From Nemertoderma westbladi (Eukaryota > Animalia > Xenacoelomorpha): a DNA stretch of 45,201 nt. Below, piece after piece: positions 1 to 12,313 of the stretch. The stretch is from positions 1 to 45,201 of the forward strand of contig JAUCBJ010001920.1 in assembly GCA_032718475.1 (NCBI GenBank), given 5' to 3'. The translations under genes were made by a program, and so were the position numbers. Position 1 is the stretch's first letter; the number at the start of each line of letters is the position of its first letter. The notes beneath the pieces were generated by a model. It had not been told where the DNA came from, did not search any database, and saw only the letters and a program-made list of their open reading frames with translations.

Positions 1-528
1 TCCCAAAAGGAACTACCCTAAAAGGAAAAATATTGGCCCCCAGATTATTCCTACAACCAACGGAAGCTAATAATGATTAAATTCAATGTAACTACAACAC
101 AAAACAATCTATACAATAAACAATAAATATAAAAATATAAATATAAATAACAATAAATTGCTTTATTTATATTGGAATGTTGTGTTATTGTTTATTATTG
201 TTATTTGTTGTTTATTTGGTTTTTTTTTGGTAAATATAATTTCAAGTTTCAAGTTTCATACTCAATTAACGCAATAATTACGAAGGCAAGCAAGCCTACA
301 CCAAGCAATAATATTACTGCCAAATACCACCAGAAACTCACCAAACATTAAACAAATACTCCACAATAAATGCATATTCTATAAAATACATAACTTAAGA
401 ACAAATAAATACAACAAATCAATGTAAGATACTTTATGGAAATAATTCAACTAAATAATCAACAATATTAACATAAAAATATGACGCCTAAATCACCATA
501 ATATTATCAAATAAATTAATGCAAAATA

Positions 529-1224
529 ATGTCATCTTACGTAATTCACAAACGTTCTATAAAAGCTCCAGTTGCGACAGTGACTAAGAATTCGACGAAG
601 AATCAGGCGAAAGTGGCAGCACAACAAGTGGCCAGTTCTAGCCCTGAAGAAATCAAGGTTAGCTGCTCCGGTAAGAAATGCAATACCGCCGTTATCTGTA
701 TTGCTAAATCGTCCATTGACTTCACTAAAGTAGAGTTTTATTGTGGACAGTGTTCCGCCAGACATACAGTATATAGAGGCTGGTGGATGAAATATCCGAC
801 GTTGAGTCTCTTCTATAAGCTGAAATTGACAAAATCTCGCTCTCTCAACAACACAAAAAAGAATAGATCGATCGGATGCGGTCTGTTACCACATCCCTTA
901 AATCAGTTCACTCAGTCTTCCATGATTTAATCGATGAAGTTAAAGAAGACGCTAAGAATATAGTTGGTGAAGTTGTGACTATTAAAGAATTGATAACTGC
1001 CCTATTGTCAGAGGATGATTCATCCACCAAGGCTCAGGAAGTTGGTTCTTTGTGGTCCTCGGTGGTTAAGCGAGGGCGAATCGTTCGAGGAGAGAGGAAC
1101 ACATCCAGGAATATTCCTGTACTGGTACAGTAGTAGCAATTACACGGGAAGTACAAAAAAGAAACTCACCTTCAATCTGAGGGGATAGATATCCTGGTAA
1201 TGACATTTGTGCCAGTGGTATTTG
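529..1224 (+). pseudogene. CR1/L2-type LINE ORF1, 5' part (degenerate, PHD-like Cys cluster)
   Basis: ORF 529-930 carries CSGKKC...C...FYCGQC, and overlapping ORF 876-1133 has a coiled-coil-like segment ending LWSSVVKRG, typical of ORF1. Frameshifted; continues after the insertion at ~2825. Confidence 0.55.
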
Positions 1225-1249
1225 ACAATGGCAATTGACAATTCAGACA

Positions 1250-2824
1250 CGTTCGTGGGGCCTTCGCGCAGCACGAGGCCCAGTTATGAGATACAAATTA
1301 AAACTGCAGCGACTGTATCACAAAATCAGGTATTTGAGAAATTTACCCACACCACCAATCAATCAAAGAAAGGTGGTACAGTACGTGTTCACCCCTTTTA
1401 ATCTCCCCCCCCCCCCCCCCCCCCCCCCCCACCCTTCCCACCCACCAATACATAACCGCGACATCTACCACCCACGGAAGGGTAGCACGAACTTATTTCC
1501 AATCGCACGTTAAATATGCAAAGCCAGGTGGTTTATAGGAATATAATAAACGCAGTACTCGTTTTCATTATAAGCCTCTTTGCGTTCGTCCTGTTTTGAA
1601 TTTAAATATATTTCTTAAACGCAAGCTAGGACGATCTTTATAATAATAATAACTAGGGATGCGATCAATATGTGAAGCCAGGTGGTTTATATAATAATTT
1701 AGTCAACGCAGTACTCGTCTTCATTATATGCCTCGTTGCGCTCGTCGCTTGTCCTGTTTTGTCATAAAATATTTTTCCTAAACGCAGACTGACGATCTTT
1801 ATACAGTTATAACTATGCGAAGTTTCGAAACTGTGCGAGTAACTGTTGATACATCTATGTGGAGATGTGTGATATGTGGAGATGTGTGATACAACGCCAA
1901 CGCATCTTATGCCGATGTAGTAATATGGGTATTGAAATAATATTAAATCAATGTACACTCTTAAAGCTGCAGCGAAAAAATGTAGCTAATTTCCTAGGTT
2001 ACATATAAAATAATAATATTATTTTTAAGAACATTAATTTTACTACTTTGCAAAAATTCAATTAAAAAATAACCAGACATATACATTGTGGAATAAACTA
2101 TTTCAGAAGCCTACAACAGCCATGCCATGGATTGTATTTATGTTATTATATCTGTCATTTAACTGAGATAGCAATAGTAGTAATAGTCGAACGGTTATGC
2201 GGCCCGTCCAGCCTATAATAAACACAATTCAGTGATTGGGCTGGAATAGCAATACTGGTTGCCTCTATTACAATTCCTCTCAGGTTAGTCTACAGCCACA
2301 ACTCCCAGCAGCTAGCTCCACACCAGCAGAGACTTGACCAATAATGGGAAGGATTAAATTTGTACTCAATAATTGTGCGGTTTAATTACGTTTAGATCAA
2401 TTAAAGACACATTTATTAAAGCAAATCACTTAAACTAATTAAAAACTATAATAGAATGGCGTATGGGGATTATATCTGTATAATTTTTAAGTATAATTAT
2501 TTAAATCTTATACTGTAAAACAATTAATTTCCTTTAAAAGGCAGGTTGAAAATGGCGTTTTCACCGCAATCAACTTAATTAACTAATTAACTGCTATTAT
2601 CTTAGCTTCTCGAAGGCCACACGGAAATTCTACTTGGAAAATTTCTAAACTTTTGCCAAACAACATGTGTACCAAGTTTGGATAGATTTCATCAAAGATT
2701 GGCCGAGTTATTAACGTTTAAAATTGAACACGACAGAACGACAGAACGACAGAACGACAGAACGACAGGTTGATTAATGGTACCACTACGCTAAGGCTCA
2801 CTCACTTCGTGGCTCGCCCCACAA
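1250..2824 (+). mobile_element. Helentron-associated non-autonomous element (HINE/DINE-1-like) inserted in LINE ORF1
   Basis: Subterminal inverted match GTGGGGC (1255) / GCCCCAC (2816), two ~155-bp tandem core repeats (~1512 and ~1667, AAGCCAGGTGGTTTATA), an (ACGACAGA)n microsatellite at 2730-2768 and a 3' end CTCACTCACTTCGTGGCTCGCCCCACAA. Confidence 0.55.
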
Positions 2825-3365
2825 TGGTATTTGTACCAGACACAACACAACTAATGTTAAAGCGACTGTAGTTGACATTGCTGCAGAAGTTGGTGTTGAT
2901 TTATCTGAAGGGATTGTAGGTATTAAAAGAATAGGTCCAAAGGTTCCTGCAACTCGTTCGAGTAACCCGGGACAGAAAATAGTAGTAACTCTAAATCCAG
3001 ATAAGCGGCTCGAACTCTTAAAAGCCACCAAGAATCTACAGTTCTCAGTGAAATTTACGGCAGTATACATAAATCCTGACTATACTCACGCAGAGGCCCA
3101 CGAACAGTACGAGCTTAGAATGGCTCTGAAAAAGAAGCGTTCCGAAGAACCTAACAAAAAATGGGTTATAAATCGTAATGAAGTGGTTGAACAAGCGCAG
3201 GCGACGGACTCCTCAAATGCGCACAAAGATACTAGTACTAGTAGCAAAGATTCACAGATCCATGAAGATGAGCTTCTGGATTCTCGAACTAAATCCGGTG
3301 AGGTACGATCTCGAGTTTTCCGACGCACAGAACCTCGCGACGACAATACTGAATGTATAGACTGA
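2825..3365 (+). pseudogene. CR1/L2-type LINE ORF1, C-terminal part
   Basis: Translates as ...IKRIGPK...KRLELLKATKNLQ...VYINPDYTHAEAHEQYELRMALKKKR...KKWVINRNEVV, the usual C-terminal pattern of CR1/L2 ORF1 proteins. Confidence 0.7.
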
Positions 3366-3469
3366 CTAGATTCAAGTTCCACTTCAGTTCAGATTCCAGT
3401 TCCTCCTGAAGTTCCAGAATCTGGACCAGCTCAACATTTATCCGCTCCTATTTCGTCATGTTTGGATAG

Positions 3470-4720
3470 AGGTTCAATAAGTATCTGTACATTATGCACA
3501 ATCCATAAATAACAAGGCTTCCTAGTTTTATGATTATTTTTCGGATATGGATTTCGATGTTGTTGCAATAACCGAAACTAGGTTTACTGGAACAGCTGCG
3601 GACATTTTACCTGCCTTTTATGTCCCAACGATTCCAATTACTGTATGCATAATAATCCCAGAGTTCCATCAGCAACTACAAGATGTGGTGGTGGCGTCGC
3701 TTGTGTTTTCAACACTTGCCTGAAAGTCAATAACTGCATTGAATACAAAATTAGCTATTCGTCCTTTGAGTATCTAGAGACAACAATACTATGTTGTGGC
3801 ACATTAGTGCGCCTATTTATAATTTATCGCACATGCCCTTCGAGTCGAAATGGTCTAACTGCACGGCTCTTTATTGATCAGTTTGCTGATTAGAACGAGT
3901 ATCCATCCATCAGGTCGGGGAAACTGATTTTAATTGGAGATTTTCACTTTCTGGTTAACAAGAATGACGACAGACTGGCAGCCGATTTTCTAGATATGTG
4001 CAAGTGTTTTGGTCTACAACAGTTTGTTAGTGGACCCACTCACCGATCGGGGAATACCTTGGACTCGGTTCTCACCCATATTGAAAATGAACATCCAATT
4101 AAAAACGTATCTACCAGTGACATAGGTTTATCAGATCACTTCACGGTTTCATTTAACATCAATATTAAGAAACCAACTAACACCAAAAATACCACTATAT
4201 ACCGAAAACTGAAGTCAATTAATGTACATGATTATTTGAATGACTTAAGTACCAGCAACCTGTTTAGTACTCCAAACTACACCTTAGACGAGTTAGAGGA
4301 AATGTATGACTTTTCTCTCAGGTCCATCCTCAATAAACACGCACCTCTGCAAAGTAAGAAAGTTCCATCTCGACCAACACAACCTTGGTTCAATGAAGTT
4401 TTTACCACTGAGAAAAAAAAAGAAGTGCACTTGAGAGAAAATTTAGAAAATCAAAACTCGAAATTGACTAGCAACTATATATTGATCAATGTAAAAATCT
4501 GTCAAAAATTATTGAAGTTCAAAAAGCTGCTTACTATAAACAAATTCTCGATGACAATAGTGGAGATCAGAAAAAACTTTATAGTGTGTTAAACAAAGTA
4601 ATGTCCACAAGTAAATTGGGAAATCTTCCTCAGCACGAGTCCAACGGAGAGCTAGCATTGGCAAACTCATTTGCAGCCCTTTTTGATAAAAAGGTAGAAT
4701 TGATCTGGAGATCAATGATA
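3470..4720 (+). pseudogene. CR1/L2 LINE ORF2 remnant: apurinic endonuclease domain plus linker, truncated before RT
   Basis: Fragments DVVAITET, GGGVACVF, IIYR, LIGDF, FGLQQFVSGPTHRSGNTLD, LSDHF, LNKHAP...QPWFNE, with several stops and frameshifts. Confidence 0.85.
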
Positions 4721-5699
4721 AATAATGTAATAATTTATTTTTATTTTTACATTTATTACGTAACTAAAGATCCGCTCAACAACATAAATCAATAGTCCTA
4801 TTGGATACTGAGTTATGTTTTGGTGTGCGCCGTTTATACACTAAATTTGCAATAACTTTTGAGTGAGTGAATGGAATTTGCTCAAATTACGTGCAAAGCT
4901 TTTCTACGTCGATGCTCTTTCACCACATGTAATTAAATTTAAGAAATTCCATCAACAATATTTTAATTCACTTTTTTCGCCGGGAAAAAAGTAAAATCAA
5001 TGCAATCATTACTTTTTCTCTAAGGAAAAAAAGTGAAACTTTTATTCGGGAAATATTCGAGCGAAAAAGTAACAATTTAAGAATAAAATATTATACTTTT
5101 ATGCAGTGGTAATATTAATTGTATTGTAAATTTTTATTAAATTGTTACAACTAAGTATTAACATTTAAATCGAAGTTAGTAGGCTACATGCTATCAGTAA
5201 CAATGACTCTAAAGTCTTCCATACCTAACTGTCTTTCCATCGCGACAATTTACCGCGATGAGATATCGCACCCTCATATTCCTACTTGACTACCAGTATT
5301 TTAATAGATTCAATTCGATTCAATTTTCTCTCATTCACTGTCATTAAAATGTTATCCTGGTACAACACAAAATAGTTTCATGGTGTTATGAACCATCTTA
5401 ACCCTGCGTGCACCGACTTATATAAGGTCTGGGGGGTACATCACTCCCCCCCCCCCCCCCCCCCCCCCATGAAACCGCCACTGGCCAGACAGTGACTTTG
5501 GGAGAGTCACGTAAGTTTTGGGTTACTTTATGTGGGTTCTTTTTATTTCAAAACCATGTAAAATACAGTAAACGTAGGCCTACACGTAAACCGCATGTAA
5601 TATCTGTAACTTGTTTGGCTTAAATTTCAGTTTTTCAATGGAGCGGTGCATTTACTTATCCCAAGGGCTAGTCGAGCCCGCCAACTGATAACTAACTAA

Positions 5700-6575
5700 C
5701 TAATAGTTGCGAACTTTGTTACAATAGTTGCGAAGATTGCTCCAATAGTTGCGAACTTTTATTCCAATAGGATGCAAACTTTGTTCCATTGTCCACCACC
5801 CCCTAACCATTGTATTAATTGGATGATTCAAAAAAAAAATAAATAAATAAATCACGAAATTGCATTGTACTGTAAAACTTTTTGGTTTGTTTATAAATAT
5901 CATAAGAATTCCGGCACAATAACAATATCATTACGATTACGAATAGAATCGAATATTATATACCAACTTTTTCCTTCAGTGTTGTAGTTTAGCAATTTAG
6001 AATGCAGTGCAAAGTGAGACGTACAGTATATGAGACATAGAGAGTGCAGTACAGTAGATAGGCCTACTAACGTGAGGGTGTTCTTTTTATACAAGTTTCG
6101 TCCGTATCACCTTAGCTTGCCTTTATTACACAGGTGAAGTCTGTAAGTACCTATACTGTATTTTGAAATTGCTAGACTCTGACGGCATCTAATTAAGAAG
6201 AGACAGCTACAATGTTGATGACTGGCCTGTCTGTTTAACTGGCCTAGCCCATCACTGTATCTCAGAAAACCTTTTAAAAGTAGTGCCAACTACTTCCTGA
6301 ATTCCAAAAATTAACTATAGGCCTATAGTATAACACCCACCACACTGTATACTTAATACTGTAGTATGCAGTACCCAGTACATGCTGTTTTATTCATTTT
6401 AACGGTTTATATGTATTGTACATATTATGTAGGTGAAAGAGCAAAGGTTATATTAAAATATATGTTTAGTTGATTGAAACAAAGTTCGCATCCTATTGGA
6501 AAAAAGTTCGCATTTTTTAATCAAAATTCGAATCCTTTTGGAAAAAAGCTCGAAATTTTTGAAACTGAGTTTCAT
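5700..6575. mobile_element. Degenerate inverted-repeat element (MITE-like)
   Basis: GCGAACTTTTATTCCAATAGGATGCAAACTTTGTT (~5751-5785) is inverted at ~6477-6512 (AACAAAGTTCGCATCCTATTGGAAAAAAGTTCGC). Each arm is built of ~21-bp subrepeats. Confidence 0.55.
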
Positions 6576-7106
6576 TTAATGTCCATAGAAAGTAAATGTG
6601 GTTCTAGTAAAATAAAAAATATACAGTAGTTTAAATTTACCTGTGATGCTGACAAGGGGGGTAGGAATATGACCGTTCGCCATCATACCACGTTCTACCT
6701 CAACTGTACTGCACATTATATTGTATATTCGCTCAACCATCTGTCCATCATTATAAACCGTGGCTACAGTGGAAATATCAGAAGATACATACACCGATCG
6801 ATACTTCAACACTGCAACACGTAACTACGGGATTAATCTCGGAATGCTGGTATCCAACATACCGGTAAACAATGCTTTCCTGCTAGCAATAACCGTGTTT
6901 GAGTTGTCCTCAACGTTGCGTTAGCGAGCTGTCAATCAATATGTGTGCTTGTTGGTTCTACTGTATGGATATATACAGTATATTATATCCACGTTGTGGG
7001 GACTGCTTGCACAGGAAATCTTATCACATTGTTATTTTTGACGTATAGGCGTATATAAAGCAATATAATATAATATATATAATACAATATAGCAATATTA
7101 ATATTA

Positions 7107-7841
7107 CAGTACAGGCCACCAGAAAACGCAGATTTGTACCATTGTGAACACATTTTATCAAATGTGTACCAGTGTAATGTAATGTTGTTGAACGGGACAA
7201 TTGAACATAATTGAATTGGCAACAACCGAAATTTTTTCGCCAAAGGATACAATTGAATACTTTTGAAACGCTTAGTAATCTGGAAACTCTCTGTAGTTTG
7301 CCGCTAACTGTCACTCACTGCAGCTGGAAATGCGATAAGGATATTGTTTACCTTTATAGTGTGCGGTTAATAGTGTCTAGTAGGCATCAGGCCTATAGTT
7401 AGTGATGTTAAGGTATCTTCTGGTGTTTCTCTGTGCCCTCTCGGTGTCAGACTAATGGCGCGACATCTCCCTGCACTAAATTAATTATTCAATGGTCTAA
7501 GCTCCTCCATCCATATACCCATCCACTCCATGAACATTAACAGTGTGCGGTTAGTAGTGTCTATATACACTCCATGAACCTCCATGTGGTCTTGTATGTA
7601 GTTCTCTCTCTACCAATACATCCCATGTCCGCAATGTTACGCCCTGGGGGCTCTCTCATCTACCTGATATCAGACATACAGGCGCACTGCACACAAAGCC
7701 TTTGTTGGTCCCAGCAAGTTAGCCTCCTGCTGTGTGATCTAGAAGATAACTAGCCATAACCTGCCAATCATATGACTTGAACAAATGTGTTCACATGTGA
7801 TCACATTGGATGAAATCTGCTTTTTCTGGTGGCCTGTACTG
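7107..7841. mobile_element. Tc1/mariner-like MITE
   Basis: TA|CAGTACAGGCCACCAGAAAACGCAGATTT ... AAATCTGCTTTTTCTGGTGGCCTGTACTG|TA: ~30-bp TIR, TA target duplication, no ORF. Confidence 0.75.
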
Positions 7842-8742
7842 TAATAAAAAAAGCTTTGTTCGCCCAGTTTAAAAATACGTTATTTTGATCATTGACCAGG
7901 GAAGCTCCCTCTAAGGAAAATCGTTCGTACTGTATTAGGCCTAATCAGAAATTCAGATTGGCAAAAAAAGATTCGATTAAGTAACAATGTAAGAAGTAAA
8001 TTAACGGTAGGTACTGTAAGTAGGGCCTAATAAACAACAAATAAGATCAACATATGGAGACTACTGTAGCAGTTGCTTGCAATCAGTGATCAGCTAACAA
8101 CCGATTAACTAAGACCTAACTGGCATCGGTAAATTGTTCCACATAGAGAAGAAACATGCCTCATCTCTGCTCATAAGCAATGAGATTTATTGTATAACGA
8201 ACCTCAGTAGGCCTATTATCTTATACTGTAGCGAAGACTTGGACTGAACACTGATATCGTAGAATAGTACCATTTGTACATAATCTTATTTTATTGCAAC
8301 CGGTTGTTGATGACAACCATTCAACCATTCACATTCCTGGTCTTGATAATGCAGATGAATGGGAGATGAGCAGGGCTGATTGCGAAATGTGGCGGTGTGT
8401 TGTGTTTCAGGATCAGCCGTCAATACATTCTAAATATAAACTGTACTGTACAGTAGTGTGAGTATACAGGCTGAAATCGTACAATGTACTGTAGGTGCCA
8501 CCCAAATCTTACCATAATAATGATAAAGACCAATGGCCTACTGTATATGTAGGCCTACTGAATAACCCTAACATTCACTAACACTGCCACACTAACATTC
8601 ACCTTTAGATATTTAAATGATGAATGTACAGTACTGTAGATTGTACAATAAAATTACGTACTGTATGGCCGGGTCAATGCCAATCATATTGCCCATAGTC
8701 ACGTACGGGACAAAAAATATACAAAAATGTAAATCATTTGAG

Positions 8743-9639
8743 GGATAGTACTAGATTGTGACAACAGTCGAAAACAGGCGAAAACAATTTGAATTGTAGG
8801 TAAAACAGACGAAAACAGTTAGATCGTTTAAAAATAATCATCCATGCATCCAGGTGAAAATAGATATTGAAGTTAACTAGGTGTAATAATCGATTTAAAA
8901 TTTAGTGGCATTTATAATGTCGCTAACTTAAGATGACGTTCTACCCATAACCCATGTACATTGTACAATAACGCTGATTTCCTGTTGCATGATTGTGGAT
9001 TACTCCAGTACGGCAGTAAGCCTACAGAGTAGAGTATTCAGTAAGTCTATATTCTACCGGCACCCGAACCGCAGTACCGGCACCGATATAAGAAGAAGTT
9101 GAAGTACAAAGTTCCGGTATCTTCGCTTCCAGCGGTTTCGCCATTATCAGAACAAACAAAATTATTTAATGCTGAAAATGAAATAGGCCTATGTGCTATG
9201 TATTTTATGTACCTACTGTAGTATCGTTCTTTCAGACACGGAGTTCAGACTTAGGCCTACTGTACTAGCTAACTACTACTGTATAACAATCAATAAAGTG
9301 CATCTCTGCAAAAATAATAAATTCAATACGGTACTTCCCAACCGGTACGGGCACAGTAACTACAACAGGTACCGGTACGGCAGTACGGGCACTGATAGGA
9401 GCAGTGTTATTGTACATGGGTACGTCATCTTAAGTTAGCGACATTATAAATGCCACTAAATTGTAAATCTATTATTACTGTATTACACCTATATAGTTAA
9501 CTCCAATATCTATTTTCACCTGGATGTATGGATAATTATTTTTAAACGATCTAACTGTTTTCGACTGTTTTCCCTAAATTCCAACTGTTTTCGCTTGTTT
9601 TCGCCTGTTTTCGACTGTTGTCACGATCTAGTACTATCC
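8743..9639. mobile_element. Mutator-like (MULE) non-autonomous DNA transposon
   Basis: ~235-bp TIRs starting GGATAGTACTAGAT / ending ATCTAGTACTATCC, with a perfect 9-bp TSD TCATTTGAG at 8734-8742 and 9640-9648. Confidence 0.85.
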
Positions 9640-9867
9640 TCATTTGAGAATGAATGGTCGGTTGATTTTGATAATTACAGTAGATTGCCGAATACACAAT
9701 ATTTGGTCCCCTCCTGCTGTGATACACTCCAACCACAGTTTGTTATAGAACAAGCTACAACGAATTTAAAAAATAAAAATAAAGCGTCACTTACGGGACA
9801 TTTTTCAAATTTTGTAATTGTGATTACGGGTGCATTTTGGAATTTAAAATTACAATTCGGATGCCAA

Positions 9868-10044
9868 ACGATTAATATCCCTGCTGAGTATAATTCCTGT
9901 GAACAAATAAACGATTAATATCCCTGCTGAGTATAATTCCTGTGAACAAATAAACGATTAATATCCCTGCTGAGTATAATTCCTGTGAACAAATAAACGA
10001 TTAATATCCCTGCTGAGTATATAATTCCTGTGAACAAATAAACG
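9868..10044. repeat. 43-bp tandem repeat, 4 copies
   Basis: Unit ACGATTAATATCCCTGCTGAGTATAATTCCTGTGAACAAATAA. Confidence 0.95.
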
Positions 10045-10249
10045 TAGCTTCGTAGTAAATTTGAGATATCAGAAATACAAAAAAATATTAACGTGGTCCG
10101 ATTTTTTGTCAAATAGGCCTACGTGACACTCGGTAAATGATTTAATAAAATTTAATTAAAAATTAAATTAAATTAAATTAAAAATTAAAAATTAATTTAA
10201 TTTAATTAAATAATTTAAATGATTTAATAGCATATAAATTGTCAAATAT

Positions 10250-11487
10250 GGGTCATTAACCCGATGTGTTAACACTTCCACTAATATTCTTCCATGTGTT
10301 TTAGTTAGATTGCCTATATTTTTGGTGGTTTAGCAGGTGATATGAATAAATTGCGTGAGCTTGTCCAAAATGGTCCAAAAAAGTGTCCCATACCTAACGG
10401 AGGTTTTTTATCAGAAAACGCGAACTGATGCAGATTTAGATCATCACATCCATTTCTCTGATAGTTTTGCCATGTATGGTTTCTACAGTATCAGTGAGAC
10501 TGCTACGTAAACATTTATTTGGCCAGGTTGAAAAAACTACCATGACCCATAACGTGACAGGATGTCCCATACTTGACATTGTGTTGGGGGCAGAAGTTAA
10601 TCATGGTCTAAGCAACTAATTACTTACATTTAATTAATGGCTGGGGGCTTACCAGTCACAGATAAACTGTAACCTGCTCCTTCCCCTTAATTGACAACAG
10701 ACCAAATTACTTATTACCAAAATAACTATTTGTGGAAAGGGTTTTGAGATTGGGACAGTAGTTGGGAGTGGGGTGTAAGTTGTGAATGCAACAGGAGTTG
10801 AATTCTACAGTAGTACGGAGGAGTTGTTTGAATAATTTTATGATTTGTATTTAATTGGAAAATAAATGTCAAAAATTATAATAATCGTTTCCATGTAAAT
10901 TCCTTCATATACCATATCCATATGTCCCATACATGACATCAAAAACTGTCTATTTACATTTTCAAATTAATTTTTTGATATAAAATAACGATTTTCAGTT
11001 GACCATAATTATGCAACAGTTTTGTGTATCACATTGTTATTAACAGAACAAAAATTATTTAGTCCCACTTTTCACGGCAAAGTTTCCCACAAAGTTAAAC
11101 TTTATATTGTCACTGGATTAAAAATGTCTTATCCGTGACATAATTTTTAATTTTTTTCTCACCAGAAAACTTTCCACTTCGATCTGATATCTCTTGCCGG
11201 ACACCTCAACACCACCATTAAACGACTGTTACTTCAAATTCTTAAGAATATGGACATTAAGTACGAAAAAAATATTTATAAATTTCCCATACGTGACAAA
11301 AAAGTTTTCTCAATTTTGCTTTCCGGGACGTTTCACTCAGTAATGGCCAATAAATTTTTGTGGCAGAAATTATCACCCTTTCTAACCAGCACTATGGCAA
11401 ATTCTCAAAGTTAATTTCAAAATTCAACAAATTTCAAAAATCACGTACGGGACATTGGTCAATATGGTTGGCTTTGTGCATTGACCC
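10250..11487. mobile_element. Sola-like non-autonomous DNA transposon
   Basis: ATAT|GGGTCA ... TGACCC|ATAT: GGG/CCC termini and a 4-bp ATAT duplication. A GTCCCRTACNTGAC motif recurs internally. A second related left end lies at 8671 and matches the right end over ~45 bp. Confidence 0.55.
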
Positions 11488-11614
11488 ATATATTAGCGAA
11501 AAAAAACATTTTTTCATGAACTTTTGTTAATGACTTTACGCCTAGGGCACCTACTAATATTTACAGTTTTTATTTAACTTTTGGGGCACAAAAGAAGTCA
11601 CAACCACGCCCAAG

Positions 11615-12313
11615 ATGAAAGGCATTTCAAATATTCCAATGATACTTTCTGCGCTTATTGTGTCAATTCAGATAAGGGCAAACGCAGGGGTGACATGCGA
11701 AACCGGTAACAACATCAACGTATACGCCGAAGATGACGAATCTCAAACCCTCATCGAAACGTATATAAAAGAATCCGTTCAAGTAGCTGATCCCGGAATG
11801 AAAGATCAATTAGACGTCACAAGAGCGACGGTATCAGTGGGTGGTTGCCAAACGTGCCACCAGCTGTCACTCCTGTACTACGGTGTCTCAAAAGCTACTG
11901 CTGATTTCCCTCTTGACGGGGAACACCTGACCTTTGAAGTTCTTTGGGTTGAATGTCGGAATACAACCGAATGCGAAAAGAAGAAGAAAACAGAAGCTGT
12001 CTGCACGGAAAGATGGCACAATGGTGAGTTGGAGAGCGAAGGTATCGACCTCCTCACAACGTTGTTGCAAACACGAATGGAAACCGTCAACACAATATGT
12101 CAAGCGGAATGTTGTGCAAGTTTCTGTGACACACATTGGGAGAATGACCCACGGGAATTTAAGGCATCAACAGTAGGCCTAACCTCGACAACGGCAGTTC
12201 CTACGTTCTCCACTAATGGATCTGGAGGGTCGTCTTCCTTCCCCTTGAGTGGCCTACTTGTCGGAGGCCTCGCAGCGACCATTATAGTTGGTGGATTGTT
12301 CCATCAGAACTAG
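11615..12313 (+). CDS. Secreted/GPI-anchored cysteine-rich protein, Ly6/uPAR (three-finger)-like, 232 aa, single coding exon
   Basis: Good start context GCCAAGATG, hydrophobic N-terminal signal ending ANA-G, 10 Cys ending CCASFCD, Ser/Thr/Gly linker, hydrophobic C-terminal tail, AATAAA ~20 bp after the stop, and higher GC than its flanks. Confidence 0.75.
   Translation: MKGISNIPMILSALIVSIQIRANAGVTCETGNNINVYAEDDESQTLIETYIKESVQVADPGMKDQLDVTRATVSVGGCQTCHQLSLLYYGVSKATADFPLDGEHLTFEVLWVECRNTTECEKKKKTEAVCTERWHNGELESEGIDLLTTLLQTRMETVNTICQAECCASFCDTHWENDPREFKASTVGLTSTTAVPTFSTNGSGGSSSFPLSGLLVGGLAATIIVGGLFHQN

Noticed and set aside
1961-2537. Kolobok-like MITE (TTAA AG...CT TTAA)
   Set aside because: The ends fit, but I could not align convincing TIRs.
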